In this document: positions 37,070-45,814 of the stretch, in pieces
Position numbering within the stretch: position 1 is the stretch's first letter
Layout of the letters: each line of letters opens with the position of its first letter
Assembly: GCA_030651035.1 (NCBI GenBank)
Contig: JAUSCK010000042.1
Location: forward strand, 1-51,093
DNA: 51,093 nt
Reading direction: 5' to 3'
From: Elusimicrobiota bacterium
GTDB lineage: Bacteria; Elusimicrobiota; Elusimicrobia; Elusimicrobiales; UBA9959
Notes under the pieces: generated by a model
The model's input: the letters and a program-made list of their open reading frames with translations, nothing else
The model's database searches: none
What the model was told of the DNA's origin: nothing
Program-made: the position numbers and the translations under genes

Positions 37070-37142
37070 CAAATTTCGAGTTTCCTGTTTTTCCCCGAGG
37101 CGGCCGCTGCCGCAGAATTAAATTTCCGCAAAACCTATTACG

Positions 37143-37193
37143 GGCCCGATAAAGAAGGCTTCAAAAATAAGGCACGCCTAATGGCGCGTTTTT
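37143..37193 (+). repeat. cassette left-end motif plus terminator hairpin (copy 2)
   Basis: GGCCCGATAAAGAAGGCTTCA, then GGCACGCC-TAAT-GGCGCGTT-TTT. Confidence 0.8.
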
Positions 37194-37223
37194 AATTTTT
37201 CCGGCAACCGCTAGATACCGTCC

Positions 37224-37252
37224 TTGACAACTAAAACGGATAAAGATAGTAT
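37224..37252 (+). promoter_or_regulatory. putative sigma70 promoter of the cassette 2 gene
   Basis: TTGACA-17 bp-TAGTAT, followed by AGGAG RBS and ATG 37280. Confidence 0.55.
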
Positions 37253-37279
37253 CCCTTTTGTCATGGCAGGAGAAGAGAA

Positions 37280-38482
37280 ATGAGAATTGTAATACGCTTG
37301 TTTTCAGCAATAGCGGCTGCGGCATTATGCCAGGCGCTCCTCTGCGCCGAGGCCAGGGCGGGCGAGCTGGACGTACGCATGGTGAAGGTAGTAAAGACCT
37401 TTACACGCTCAGCCGCGGAAACGGGGCTCAGCACCGCCACGCTGGCAGTTATGCCGTTCAAGACGGACAAGAAGCTGGCGGAGAAACGGGTGGACTACGC
37501 CTGCGGCGAGATCCTGACCAACAAGTTCGTAGTGACCCATACGTTCAAAGTGGTGGAGAGGGCGCAACTGGATACCGTCTTGAAGGAACAGGCCCTGGGA
37601 GCCGGCGGCGTTACCGAAAGCGCCACGGCGGCGAAACTGGGCAAGCTGCTTGGCGCCAGGCTGGTGATAATCGGCAGTGTCTCGCGGCTGGGCGATTCCT
37701 ACCACCTTAGCACGGAAATGGTGGACGCTGAAAGCGGGGAAATACTGGCTTCCGACGTTACCGAAGTAGAGACCGCAACTTTCGACGAAGACGCCGGCAG
37801 ATACCTCGTTCTTGTGCCTAATACGCAGGCTATAGGTATGTACCTGGCGGGCTTTTCGGCCCCGGTAAGAATGTCCGTACCGGCGCCGTTCACCGCTCCG
37901 GGCGGAAAGGTAGTAACTCCTTTGAAGAGTTCCATGAACCTGCTGGGAATAGGCGGCGGCGTGCGCTATTCCCCGTGGACCTCCTGGACAATGGACCTGA
38001 TGATCCTGGCTCATCTTGAGATCTCGCCGGACGCGGCTGCGTTCTCGGTGAATTCAACCGAACCGAGAGCGCTAACCGCCTGGCGGGCGGACGGCCCCAG
38101 CGCCAGGTTCACGGTCAACAAGACTTTCGCGCTTTCCAGGAAGTTCTCTTTATTCACCGGGGCCGGGGCAACCATGTTTAGCCTGAACAACAAGAATACT
38201 ACCGACAGCGGGTCCAATGATTTCGACTATGACGACGGCACCTTGAAAATAAAAATGGACCAGATGAAAGGTTCCGAGATCACGCCCACGGTCCGCGTCG
38301 GCCTAGAATGGCGCCCCAAAGAACGGTTCGGGATCTCCCTGTTCGGGAACTACGACCTTTCCCCCAAGACGATCAAGGAGACCGCGACAGTCCTCTGGAC
38401 GGGCCACCAGGAGACCGTAACGATGCGCAAGATAACGTTCCCGCGCTTCTACCCGGACGCGTCCATGTCGCTGTATTTCTAG
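37280..38482 (+). CDS. CsgG/HfaB/FlgO-like domain fused to probable outer-membrane beta-barrel
   Basis: signal peptide; AV.PF, F.VVER.QL..VL.EQ, A.KLGKLLGA..VI.GSV, VD.E.GEIL; amphipathic strands ending in terminal SLYF. Confidence 0.78.
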   Translation: MRIVIRLFSAIAAAALCQALLCAEARAGELDVRMVKVVKTFTRSAAETGLSTATLAVMPFKTDKKLAEKRVDYACGEILTNKFVVTHTFKVVERAQLDTVLKEQALGAGGVTESATAAKLGKLLGARLVIIGSVSRLGDSYHLSTEMVDAESGEILASDVTEVETATFDEDAGRYLVLVPNTQAIGMYLAGFSAPVRMSVPAPFTAPGGKVVTPLKSSMNLLGIGGGVRYSPWTSWTMDLMILAHLEISPDAAAFSVNSTEPRALTAWRADGPSARFTVNKTFALSRKFSLFTGAGATMFSLNNKNTTDSGSNDFDYDDGTLKIKMDQMKGSEITPTVRVGLEWRPKERFGISLFGNYDLSPKTIKETATVLWTGHQETVTMRKITFPRFYPDASMSLYF

Positions 38483-38616
38483 CGCCGCAGACATTGACCC
38501 CGGAAGTCAGTTTTCAGCTGCAGGCGGACGGCAACAGTTTTAATTGCAAAGACATCTTCAACACACTGGGTATTAATCTTCAGATAGGCAATAAGGCGGA
38601 CCAGGGCGTGGGCAGC

Positions 38617-38816
38617 GGCCGCAGCAGCGGACGCCGGGGTGGTGTTTTATAATTATACGGTGCCACCGCAACAACACATAAGATTGATAACAGCTCGATT
38701 CTTTGCAGCGCGCGCGGGGAATAATTTCTGCTTTGTTTAGTGCGGGACACCTTTGCTAAACCGGATCTTCAGGATGTTGAGCGAAGCAGGTTCGCAATTC
38801 GGCCTGTAAGGCACCC
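38617..38816. repeat. cassette right-end repeat (copy 2)
   Basis: aligns with 36803-37069 apart from a ~65-bp indel. Confidence 0.9.
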
Positions 38817-38833
38817 TTCCCCTTTATAGTCTT

Positions 38834-38868
38834 TATAAAACCCTCGATTAACCTTCGTGGGTTTTATA
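38834..38868 (+). terminator. hairpin just beyond the last CACCC core, possibly the displaced native tRNA-His terminator
   Basis: TATAAAACCC-tCGA-ttaacct-TCGt-GGGTTTTATA. Confidence 0.55.
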
Positions 38869-38969
38869 TTGGCAAACCCTCATTCCACTGGTTGTAAGTT
38901 TTGTAAAATAACTTCTTACACACCGCAATTCCAGGTGGCCTGGTTTATCGGGAGAGGGTCACCGGCGGC

Positions 38970-39716
38970 ATGAACATGGAAACCTTTAAAAACATATTAA
39001 TTATGTTCGGCGCGATCTTCATCCCGCTGGCTACCATAGGCGTCGGGCTCGGCTGGTATTACGCTGAAGGCAGCCCGGCGCTTGTGGGCCAGACACTACT
39101 CCTCCTGCTTGCGGTGGTATTTGCGCTGAAAAGAAACTTCGCCGCAATGGGCCTTTACCTGGCCGGTATTCTGTTCCTTATGGTGGTGTATCCAAAACTG
39201 GAAGATTTCGAATCTTATGCCAGGGAGGGCCGGATGGCAGGGCAGTTCAGCGAGCTTCGTTCGCGCCTTGCCGGTATAAAAACGGCCGATGGGTCATATC
39301 CAGGCACTATCACCCAGGTTCCGCCGCCGCTCAAATTGAGGAGCGGGCACAAGAACACTTCCGCCATAGATACGGTGCGGCTGCCGGACGAGGCCTATCT
39401 TTACCCTCCGCAAATACCGGCCGGAGAAAAGCTGCGGGTAACCCTCAGGCAGGAGGGCACGAACCGGGAACAAAGCTACACCTGGAGCGGAGATAACAAG
39501 CAGCCGCTCCTGCTGTACCCTGGCGGAACTTATTTTTACGAGATCCGCCGCGAAAGCCCGGCCGCGCTAGTTTCCAGCGGCACAGTGAAGGTGCCGGTGC
39601 CGCCTGACTTTAACGTCGACAGCGGCAAATACGCATACGACCGGACCCATGGGCACTTTTTCATTAACTGCACCCACACAGGGAAGCAGCAAAGGGCTCC
39701 CTGGTGGGAGCGTTAG
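38970..39716 (+). CDS. membrane protein with GspG/pilin-like C-terminal domain
   Basis: 3 TM helices; LR......G.YP, GH..T, DSG.Y.Y, G....NCTH motifs shared with 46603..47250. Confidence 0.6.
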   Translation: MNMETFKNILIMFGAIFIPLATIGVGLGWYYAEGSPALVGQTLLLLLAVVFALKRNFAAMGLYLAGILFLMVVYPKLEDFESYAREGRMAGQFSELRSRLAGIKTADGSYPGTITQVPPPLKLRSGHKNTSAIDTVRLPDEAYLYPPQIPAGEKLRVTLRQEGTNREQSYTWSGDNKQPLLLYPGGTYFYEIRRESPAALVSSGTVKVPVPPDFNVDSGKYAYDRTHGHFFINCTHTGKQQRAPWWER

Positions 39717-39915
39717 CGCCGGACTTTTATTGATCTGCCTGGAGCAGGCAGCCATTGCGAGTCCCGCGCATGGGGACCTGCGGCCTGTGAACTGCAGCCC
39801 GCGCTATATCATATGCGGTGCGCGAAATTGATTCTTTACGGCTCATTTGCCATAATCTGCTTATGTCTCTAATGATAGTAAGCCCCGTCGCCGGCGAACG
39901 CCAGGTTTCGATATA

Positions 39916-42042
39916 ATGCGCTCCCGCCGCCATATCCTGCAGCTGGCCGCGCTCATAGCCGCGCTGGCGTGCGCTGTTTTCTGGGCCCGGCAGACGGACC
40001 TCTACGCGCTGATGGAGCTGAAGACCCTAGACTGGCGCTTCCGTTCTTTTTCGGACCCCGCACGCGCGGACCGCTCGATAGCGCTGGCCATGCTGGACCA
40101 GCAAAGCCTCGATCATTTCGAAGAGGAGGGAGTGCCCTGGCCCTGGCCGCGGAGCATGTACGCCGCCGTCCTCGAATTTCTGAGCGCCGCGGGGGCCCGC
40201 GCAGTGGTCTTTGATATCCTGTTCACCAGCGCCTCTCCGTACGGCGCGGGCGAGGACGCCGAGTTCGCGGGCGCCATCAAGCGCGCCGCGGCGGGCGGGG
40301 TGAAGGTGCTGTTCGCTTCGGAGTTCAGCCCTCGGCCGCAGCGCGGCGCCGCCAGGCCCGTTCCTGCGCGCTTCGAGGTCAAAGACCCCGGCCTGCGCGC
40401 GTTCGCCGCGGCCAAAAGCTCGGTGCGGCCTCCCATCCCGGAGCTGCTCGACTTCGCCGACGGGATCGGCGACGCGGTGGCCGAGCCCGATATCGACGGC
40501 GTCCACCGCCGCATCCCGCTGGCGGCGGAACTGAACGGCAGGGTCTACCCCAGCCTCCCGGTAGCGGTCGCCCAGGCGGTCTCGCCGGCCTCCAGCCCGG
40601 CCGCGCTGCCCCTGGCCGACGCCCGGCTGCTCATCCGCTTCCATGGCTCGGCGCTTTCCACGCGCCCGCCCGGCGGACGGCGGACCTATCCTTCCTATCC
40701 CCTGGGCAACCTGGTCCTGGCGCGCCAGGCGCAGCTGGACAAGCGCGAACCGGCGCTTGACCCGTCGGAGTTCAAGGGTAAGATAGTTTTGATCGGCTAC
40801 ACCGCGGCCGGCCTCATGGACAATCGTCCGTCGCCGATAGCGGCGGTGTTCCCGGGCACCGAGATCCTGGCTGCCGCGCTGGACAATATCCTGCACGGCG
40901 ACCCGCTCCGGCGCGCGCCGGGCGGCTGGGTCTTCGCGGCGATAGCGTTCGCCGCGCTGGCCGGAGCGCTGGCTGCGTTCCTGGCCTCGGGCTCCTCGGC
41001 GACCTCCGCGGCGTTCCTGCTCGCGGCGCTCTTGCCGGGCGCCCTCTCCATCCTGCTGTTCAAGCGCGGCATCTGGCTGGACTTCGTCGGGCCGCAGCTC
41101 TCGCTCGTGCTGAGCTTTGCTATCGCTTCGGTCTACAGCTACATGGCAGAGGGCCGCCAGCGCCGCTTCCCGCAGGGCGCGCTGTCCGTTTATCTGTCCA
41201 AGCACGTGGTCAGGGAGATAGTGGAGCACCCGGAAAAGCTCGCCCTCGGCGGGGACCGGCGCGAGCTCAGCATCTTCTTCTCCGACATCCAGGGTTTCAC
41301 CACGATCTCGGAGCAGCTCGACCCTAAGGCGCTCACGAAGCTGATGAACCGCTACCTGGGAGAGATGACCGACGTGATCCTGGAGCTGGACGGCACGCTG
41401 GACAAATACATCGGCGACGCCATCATGGCGTTCTGGAACGCTCCGCTGGACCAGGAGGACCACGCGGTCCGCGCCTGCCGGGCCGCGCTCGCCAACCAGC
41501 AGCGCCTCGTCGCGATGCGCCGCGACCTGGAGAAGGAGGGGCTGCCGCAGGTCTATGCGCGCATCGGGCTCAACTCCGGCCCCGCCTCGGTGGGCAACAT
41601 GGGCTCGCCCAAGCGCTTCAGCTACACGGCGATCAGCGACGCGGTAAACCTGGCCTCCAGGCTGGAAGCCCTGAACAAGTACTACGACACCTACCTGATG
41701 CTCTCCGGCTCCACGCGCGCGCTGGCCGGGCCGGCCATCGAGGCGCGCGAGCTGGACTTGATCAAAGTGAAGGGGAAGAATAAGGCTGTGGCGGTCTACG
41801 AACTGCTCGGCCTGCGCGGAGAAACGCCGCGGGAACTGCTGGAACTGGCCGGGGTCTTCGGCCGGGGCCTCGAGAGCTACCGCGCGCGCGACTTCGACGC
41901 CGCCGAACGCTTCCTGTCCGAGGCCCTGCGCCTGCGCCCTGAAGACGGCCCGTCCAAGGTCCTGCTCGGCCGCATAGCCGGGTTCCGCAGATCGCCGCCG
42001 CCCCAGGACTGGGACGGCTCGCACGAAATGCACGAGAAATGA
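39916..42042 (+). CDS. CHASE2-domain class III adenylate/guanylate cyclase
   Basis: WPWPR, VVFDILF, D.DGV.RR, GKIVLIG; FSDIQGFT, DKYIGDAIMA, VNLASRLE, VKGK; C-terminal WDG. Confidence 0.93.
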   Translation: MRSRRHILQLAALIAALACAVFWARQTDLYALMELKTLDWRFRSFSDPARADRSIALAMLDQQSLDHFEEEGVPWPWPRSMYAAVLEFLSAAGARAVVFDILFTSASPYGAGEDAEFAGAIKRAAAGGVKVLFASEFSPRPQRGAARPVPARFEVKDPGLRAFAAAKSSVRPPIPELLDFADGIGDAVAEPDIDGVHRRIPLAAELNGRVYPSLPVAVAQAVSPASSPAALPLADARLLIRFHGSALSTRPPGGRRTYPSYPLGNLVLARQAQLDKREPALDPSEFKGKIVLIGYTAAGLMDNRPSPIAAVFPGTEILAAALDNILHGDPLRRAPGGWVFAAIAFAALAGALAAFLASGSSATSAAFLLAALLPGALSILLFKRGIWLDFVGPQLSLVLSFAIASVYSYMAEGRQRRFPQGALSVYLSKHVVREIVEHPEKLALGGDRRELSIFFSDIQGFTTISEQLDPKALTKLMNRYLGEMTDVILELDGTLDKYIGDAIMAFWNAPLDQEDHAVRACRAALANQQRLVAMRRDLEKEGLPQVYARIGLNSGPASVGNMGSPKRFSYTAISDAVNLASRLEALNKYYDTYLMLSGSTRALAGPAIEARELDLIKVKGKNKAVAVYELLGLRGETPRELLELAGVFGRGLESYRARDFDAAERFLSEALRLRPEDGPSKVLLGRIAGFRRSPPPQDWDGSHEMHEK

Positions 42043-42069
42043 AAACCGCCGATCTTCAAAGGAGAATCA

Positions 42070-42576
42070 GTGATTAAGAAATCCACACTGGAAGCGCAAA
42101 GAATTATCGCCATAATGATCATGCTGGCCGTTCTGGCCACCGTTGCGGCCTTCGCCGGGCAGGTGCATGTCCAGATAGCCAACGCCAAGCTCAAGAAATC
42201 CCCGCAGTGGTTCGCCGCCACGGTCGCCGAGCCGGCCCTTGACGATACCCTCGAGGTCCTTAAGACGACCGGCGACTGGTACCAGGTCAAGGCAGACGAC
42301 ACGACCGGCTGGATACACAAAAGCGCCGTGACCGCCAAGAAAGCGAAAAAGAGCCGCGCTTCCTCGGTCGGCTCCTCGCAGACCTCTGCCGACGACATCA
42401 CCCTGGCCGGCAAGGGCTTCAACGAGCTGGAGGCTGGCTACCGCAAGAGCGGAGAGACCGTTAATCTTGAGGCGATAGACGCCATGGAGGCGCGCTCGGT
42501 GGACGAGGCCAGGCTGCTGTCATTCCTGCGCAAGGGCGCGCTGCTGCCCAAGAGCGCCAAAAGGGGGAAGAAATGA
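42070..42576 (+). CDS. exported SH3-domain protein
   Basis: signal peptide; GDWYQV....GWIHKSAV; TLAGKGFN. Confidence 0.72.
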   Translation: MIKKSTLEAQRIIAIMIMLAVLATVAAFAGQVHVQIANAKLKKSPQWFAATVAEPALDDTLEVLKTTGDWYQVKADDTTGWIHKSAVTAKKAKKSRASSVGSSQTSADDITLAGKGFNELEAGYRKSGETVNLEAIDAMEARSVDEARLLSFLRKGALLPKSAKRGKK

Positions 42577-43613
42577 TCATCCATTCCATCCTCCTTCTCT
42601 CCATGCTGGCCGGGCAGCCTTCCGCTTCGGCCAGGGGGTTCGGCGACGTACTGAACAAGATCGGGGACATCGGCAAGAGCGTCACGAAGAACAAAGAAGC
42701 CTCCGCGCCGCAGGACGAGGATCCCGAGGAAGCCGCGGCTCAAAAAAAGGACGCGACCCTCGGCAAAGCGCTTAAAGGCCTCGGGGTAGGCGGCGAGGCG
42801 GTCGACGGCATCCAGAAGTCGCTGGGGTTCAGCCGCCGCACCAAGAAGGCCGCCGAAAGCACGCGCGACCTTGATCCCTCCGACGAGCGGCAGATCGGCA
42901 GGGTCGTTGCTGCGGAGATCCTCTCCAAATACAGCCCGCAGGACGACGAGGGCCTTAACGATTACGTGCAGACGGTCGGCCAGGCTGTCGCCATGGCCTC
43001 GGACCGGCCGCAGACCTTCAGCGGCTACCATTTCCAGGTACTCGACTCCCAGGAGGTCAACGCCCTCTCGATACCCGGCGGGTTCATCTTCGTCACCAGG
43101 GGGATGCTGCGCCTGGTGGAGAGCGAGGACGAGCTGGCCTGCGTGCTCGCGCACGAGGTGGCCCACGTGGCCCTCGGCCACGGCTCCGAGGCGATCGTCA
43201 AGGCGCGGCGCCTGAAAGCCGGCCTCGGCATAGCCGCGGACGCGAGCAAGACCTACGGCAGCAAAGCCTCCGGCAGGGACCTGGCCGCGCTGCGCGGCGA
43301 CGTGAAGGCGGTCATGGAGATCCTTATGCGCACCGGCTACGGCCACGGCAAAGAGTTCGAGGCCGACGCCAAGGGGGCGCTTTACGCCCAGCGGACCGGC
43401 TACGACCCCGCGGCCATGGCCGCGGTCTTGAGAAAGCTCGAGTCCTCGTCCGCGTCGCAGGGCGGCTTCCTCAAGACCCACCCCGCGGCCGGCAAGCGCG
43501 CCGGGCAGCTGGAGGAAGCGGCGCTGGAACCGCCGGCCTGGTACAGAGCGTCAAAGACGCGGGACACGCGTTTCGCCTCCGCGCTCGCTGCGCTCGGCGG
43601 TTCAGGAGAGTAA
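42573..43613 (+). CDS. M48-family zinc metalloprotease
   Basis: VNAL..PGG.IFV.RG, ELA.VLAHEVAH, EFEAD, GYDP, THP. Confidence 0.9.
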   Translation: MIIHSILLLSMLAGQPSASARGFGDVLNKIGDIGKSVTKNKEASAPQDEDPEEAAAQKKDATLGKALKGLGVGGEAVDGIQKSLGFSRRTKKAAESTRDLDPSDERQIGRVVAAEILSKYSPQDDEGLNDYVQTVGQAVAMASDRPQTFSGYHFQVLDSQEVNALSIPGGFIFVTRGMLRLVESEDELACVLAHEVAHVALGHGSEAIVKARRLKAGLGIAADASKTYGSKASGRDLAALRGDVKAVMEILMRTGYGHGKEFEADAKGALYAQRTGYDPAAMAAVLRKLESSSASQGGFLKTHPAAGKRAGQLEEAALEPPAWYRASKTRDTRFASALAALGGSGE

Positions 43614-43636
43614 GCCCGGATCCAAGGAGAGCTGAA

Positions 43637-44425
43637 ATGCAAACAGGACATAATGTTTTAAAACAGGTTATTGCCGTTATCTCGGCAGTTATCGGAGGTT
43701 CGATCGGGGCGCTGGGAGGTCCGGCAGGTAGTATCGTGGGTGTTATCAGCGGCCTTCTGGTCGGCTATTATTATGTCCAGTTCACTTTGAAGCTCGAAAG
43801 CCGGAGTACATTATCAAGGATCTTCCTGGGAACGCTTTATGGGACTTTAGCTGGTTTAATATCCGGCACCTCGGTATACATACCTAATATTTTCATTCAT
43901 GGGCAAGGCGGCGACAGCATATCCGTACTAGGCCTGGGCGCTATTTCCGGCATTATTATCGGGACGGTCTTTGGATTTATTGTAGCGTGCATTATCATTT
44001 TTATGCCAGGGACAAAAAAACCCGACGAGACTTGCCTACAAGGGAACAAGCCGGCCCGGGAGGCGCCGCAGGGGATCACCTTGTCGCCCGAAGAAGCGGA
44101 ACTGATCCTGGCGGTTTACCCGGCGCTGAAGGAATATAATCTCTTCGACCGGCATACGGCGCGGGCCTATCAGGCCAAATTCGGCGCCCCGGACTCACAG
44201 GCGGAATTGGACGGAAGATACACACAGGCGCTGGCCTGGCTGCAGGCAAGGCGCCCCGATCTCACCCTGGAGCAATGGGAGAAGGCGAACGCCGGCATCC
44301 ACCAACTGGTGCGCTTCTTGACCTCCGGGGGGGCGGGGGGCGAGGCCGGGCTTGAGAAACGCTGCCCCGGGCTCGGAGAAGAATTTTACGGCTGGATAGC
44401 GAAGGCCGCGCGGCTTTTCGCGTAA
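43637..44425 (+). CDS. hypothetical membrane protein (Gly-rich TM N-half, soluble C-half)
   Basis: AGGAG RBS; repeated GxxxG helices; 262-aa ORF. Confidence 0.6.
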   Translation: MQTGHNVLKQVIAVISAVIGGSIGALGGPAGSIVGVISGLLVGYYYVQFTLKLESRSTLSRIFLGTLYGTLAGLISGTSVYIPNIFIHGQGGDSISVLGLGAISGIIIGTVFGFIVACIIIFMPGTKKPDETCLQGNKPAREAPQGITLSPEEAELILAVYPALKEYNLFDRHTARAYQAKFGAPDSQAELDGRYTQALAWLQARRPDLTLEQWEKANAGIHQLVRFLTSGGAGGEAGLEKRCPGLGEEFYGWIAKAARLFA

Positions 44426-44440
44426 AGGGCGGCCGCAGCT

Positions 44441-45145
44441 ATGAACGCTGAAAAACTGCTGGTAATTTCCGATGTGCACTCCAACCTGCAGGCCCTCGAG
44501 GCCGTGGTCGCGGATATCTCCGGCAGGGGCCTGAGGTCCGCGCCCCTGTGCTTTCTCGGGGACGCCGTGAACATGGGCCCTTTCCCCGGAGAGGTTACCC
44601 GCCTGCTTTCCTCGCTTAAGCCGGCGTTCAGAGTAAGAGGAAACCATGACCGCTATGTTTCCTCCGGCCTTGGCCGCGTCGAGCTGGAACGGTATTTTCG
44701 CTGTCCGGAGGGAGCAGACCACTCCATCTGGACCGCGGCGGCGCTGGATGGCGAAGAGAAGGCCTGGCTTGCCGGCGCGCCCGGGCAGCTCTCGTTCGAG
44801 TTAGGCGGTGAGCAGTTCCTCTGTTTTCACGCTTCGCCGGATAACGACGAAAAATCCTTTAAGCCTTCCGGAGAACCGGTCAATATTCTGTGCGGGCATA
44901 TACACTCACCGTATTCTGTCTCTCTCCCCGGCGGGGGACTGGCCGTCAACCCGGGCAGCGTCGGAAGTTCGCTGGACGGAAACCCTTCAGCTTCGTATGC
45001 CGTTGTCACCGCAGGGGGCGGCGTCCGGGCTGAGATAATAAGGGTGAAATACGACGTAGCCGCTTTTTGCTCGGCGCTGGAATCCCGCGGGACGCCATGG
45101 GCCGCCGGTATCTCCGCGGTAGTCCGCAGAGCCAGTCTCTTCTGA
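44441..45145 (+). CDS. metallophosphoesterase (calcineurin-like)
   Basis: SDVHSN, LGD.V, RGNHD, HAS, GHIH, NPGSVG. Confidence 0.92.
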   Translation: MNAEKLLVISDVHSNLQALEAVVADISGRGLRSAPLCFLGDAVNMGPFPGEVTRLLSSLKPAFRVRGNHDRYVSSGLGRVELERYFRCPEGADHSIWTAAALDGEEKAWLAGAPGQLSFELGGEQFLCFHASPDNDEKSFKPSGEPVNILCGHIHSPYSVSLPGGGLAVNPGSVGSSLDGNPSASYAVVTAGGGVRAEIIRVKYDVAAFCSALESRGTPWAAGISAVVRRASLF

Positions 45146-45255
45146 TCAATATTTCCGGCTGGCATGAAGCCTCCCTTATGTTCAATATCCAGTTCACCTT
45201 ACTCCTGGTCTTCCTCCCGCTTTCACCGGCGCGGGCGTCGGATTTACAGCGGCTC

Positions 45256-45531
45256 TTATCCGCAGACGGCGGCCGGGGCGGCCGGGCGCGGTTTCTTATT
45301 GGCGGCCGACCAGGAGCTGAATTTGCGCAGCGCCTGCGGACCCCAGAACGCCTCGGATAAACCGGGCTTCTTTTCTTCTTGGACGCTGTCAGAATTTACG
45401 ACGGAGTACTTGGCGATGTCGTCCGGAGTTTTCACGCAGACGCTGGCCGCGGGGGACGGCTGTATGGTCGAGAAAAACACGCAGGAGACCGCTAAAAGGA
45501 TCTTTATCGCTGCTGATTTTTTTCTTGTCAT
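45256..45531 (-). CDS. small hypothetical exported protein
   Basis: GAGG RBS-like sequence upstream; basic N-terminus plus hydrophobic stretch. Confidence 0.35.
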   Translation of the reverse strand: MTRKKSAAIKILLAVSCVFFSTIQPSPAASVCVKTPDDIAKYSVVNSDSVQEEKKPGLSEAFWGPQALRKFSSWSAANKKPRPAAPAAVCG

Positions 45532-45814
45532 AACTCCGCCTCTTCCTGTTCATAGTCTACCAGCGGGAAATTAAGGAAAGGCCAGAAAATTATCAAATTT
45601 CAGTCAAATGTAGCCGGTTGCCCTCCGATACAGACCGGCTTTTGATCCGATGCTGGTCGCCCATCAGAGGTTCAACTTCTTTTGAACACGTCGAAGACGC
45701 GCCCGCCCTTTCTTTACGCGAAGCACCGGAACGATAACCCCGCTGACGAGTTCCCCGCTGTAAGGAGATAATGCCGCTTATTTTCTCGCAGCTATTATTA
45801 CTATAATTATCTCA

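Larger units (their letters stand above)
37065..38816. mobile_element. cassette 2: single-gene integrase-free element in tandem with cassette 1
   Basis: CACCC cores at 37065 and 38812; same left- and right-end motifs as cassette 1. Confidence 0.75.

Noticed and set aside
37036-37075. GGTTCG...CACCCCA looks like a second tRNA 3' half
   Set aside because: Spacing and stems do not form T arm and acceptor; better explained as the cassette junction
36803-38816. Possible CRISPR array or integron attC sites
   Set aside because: Only two long degenerate copies, no regular repeat-spacer period, no cas or intI gene, no clear RYYYAAC/GTTRRRY boxes
40027-42033. Long antisense ORFs (668 aa here; also 14681..16528, 9911..11161, 11343..12650, 42438..43481)
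   Set aside because: Shadow frames of GC-rich genes with clear family motifs on the other strand
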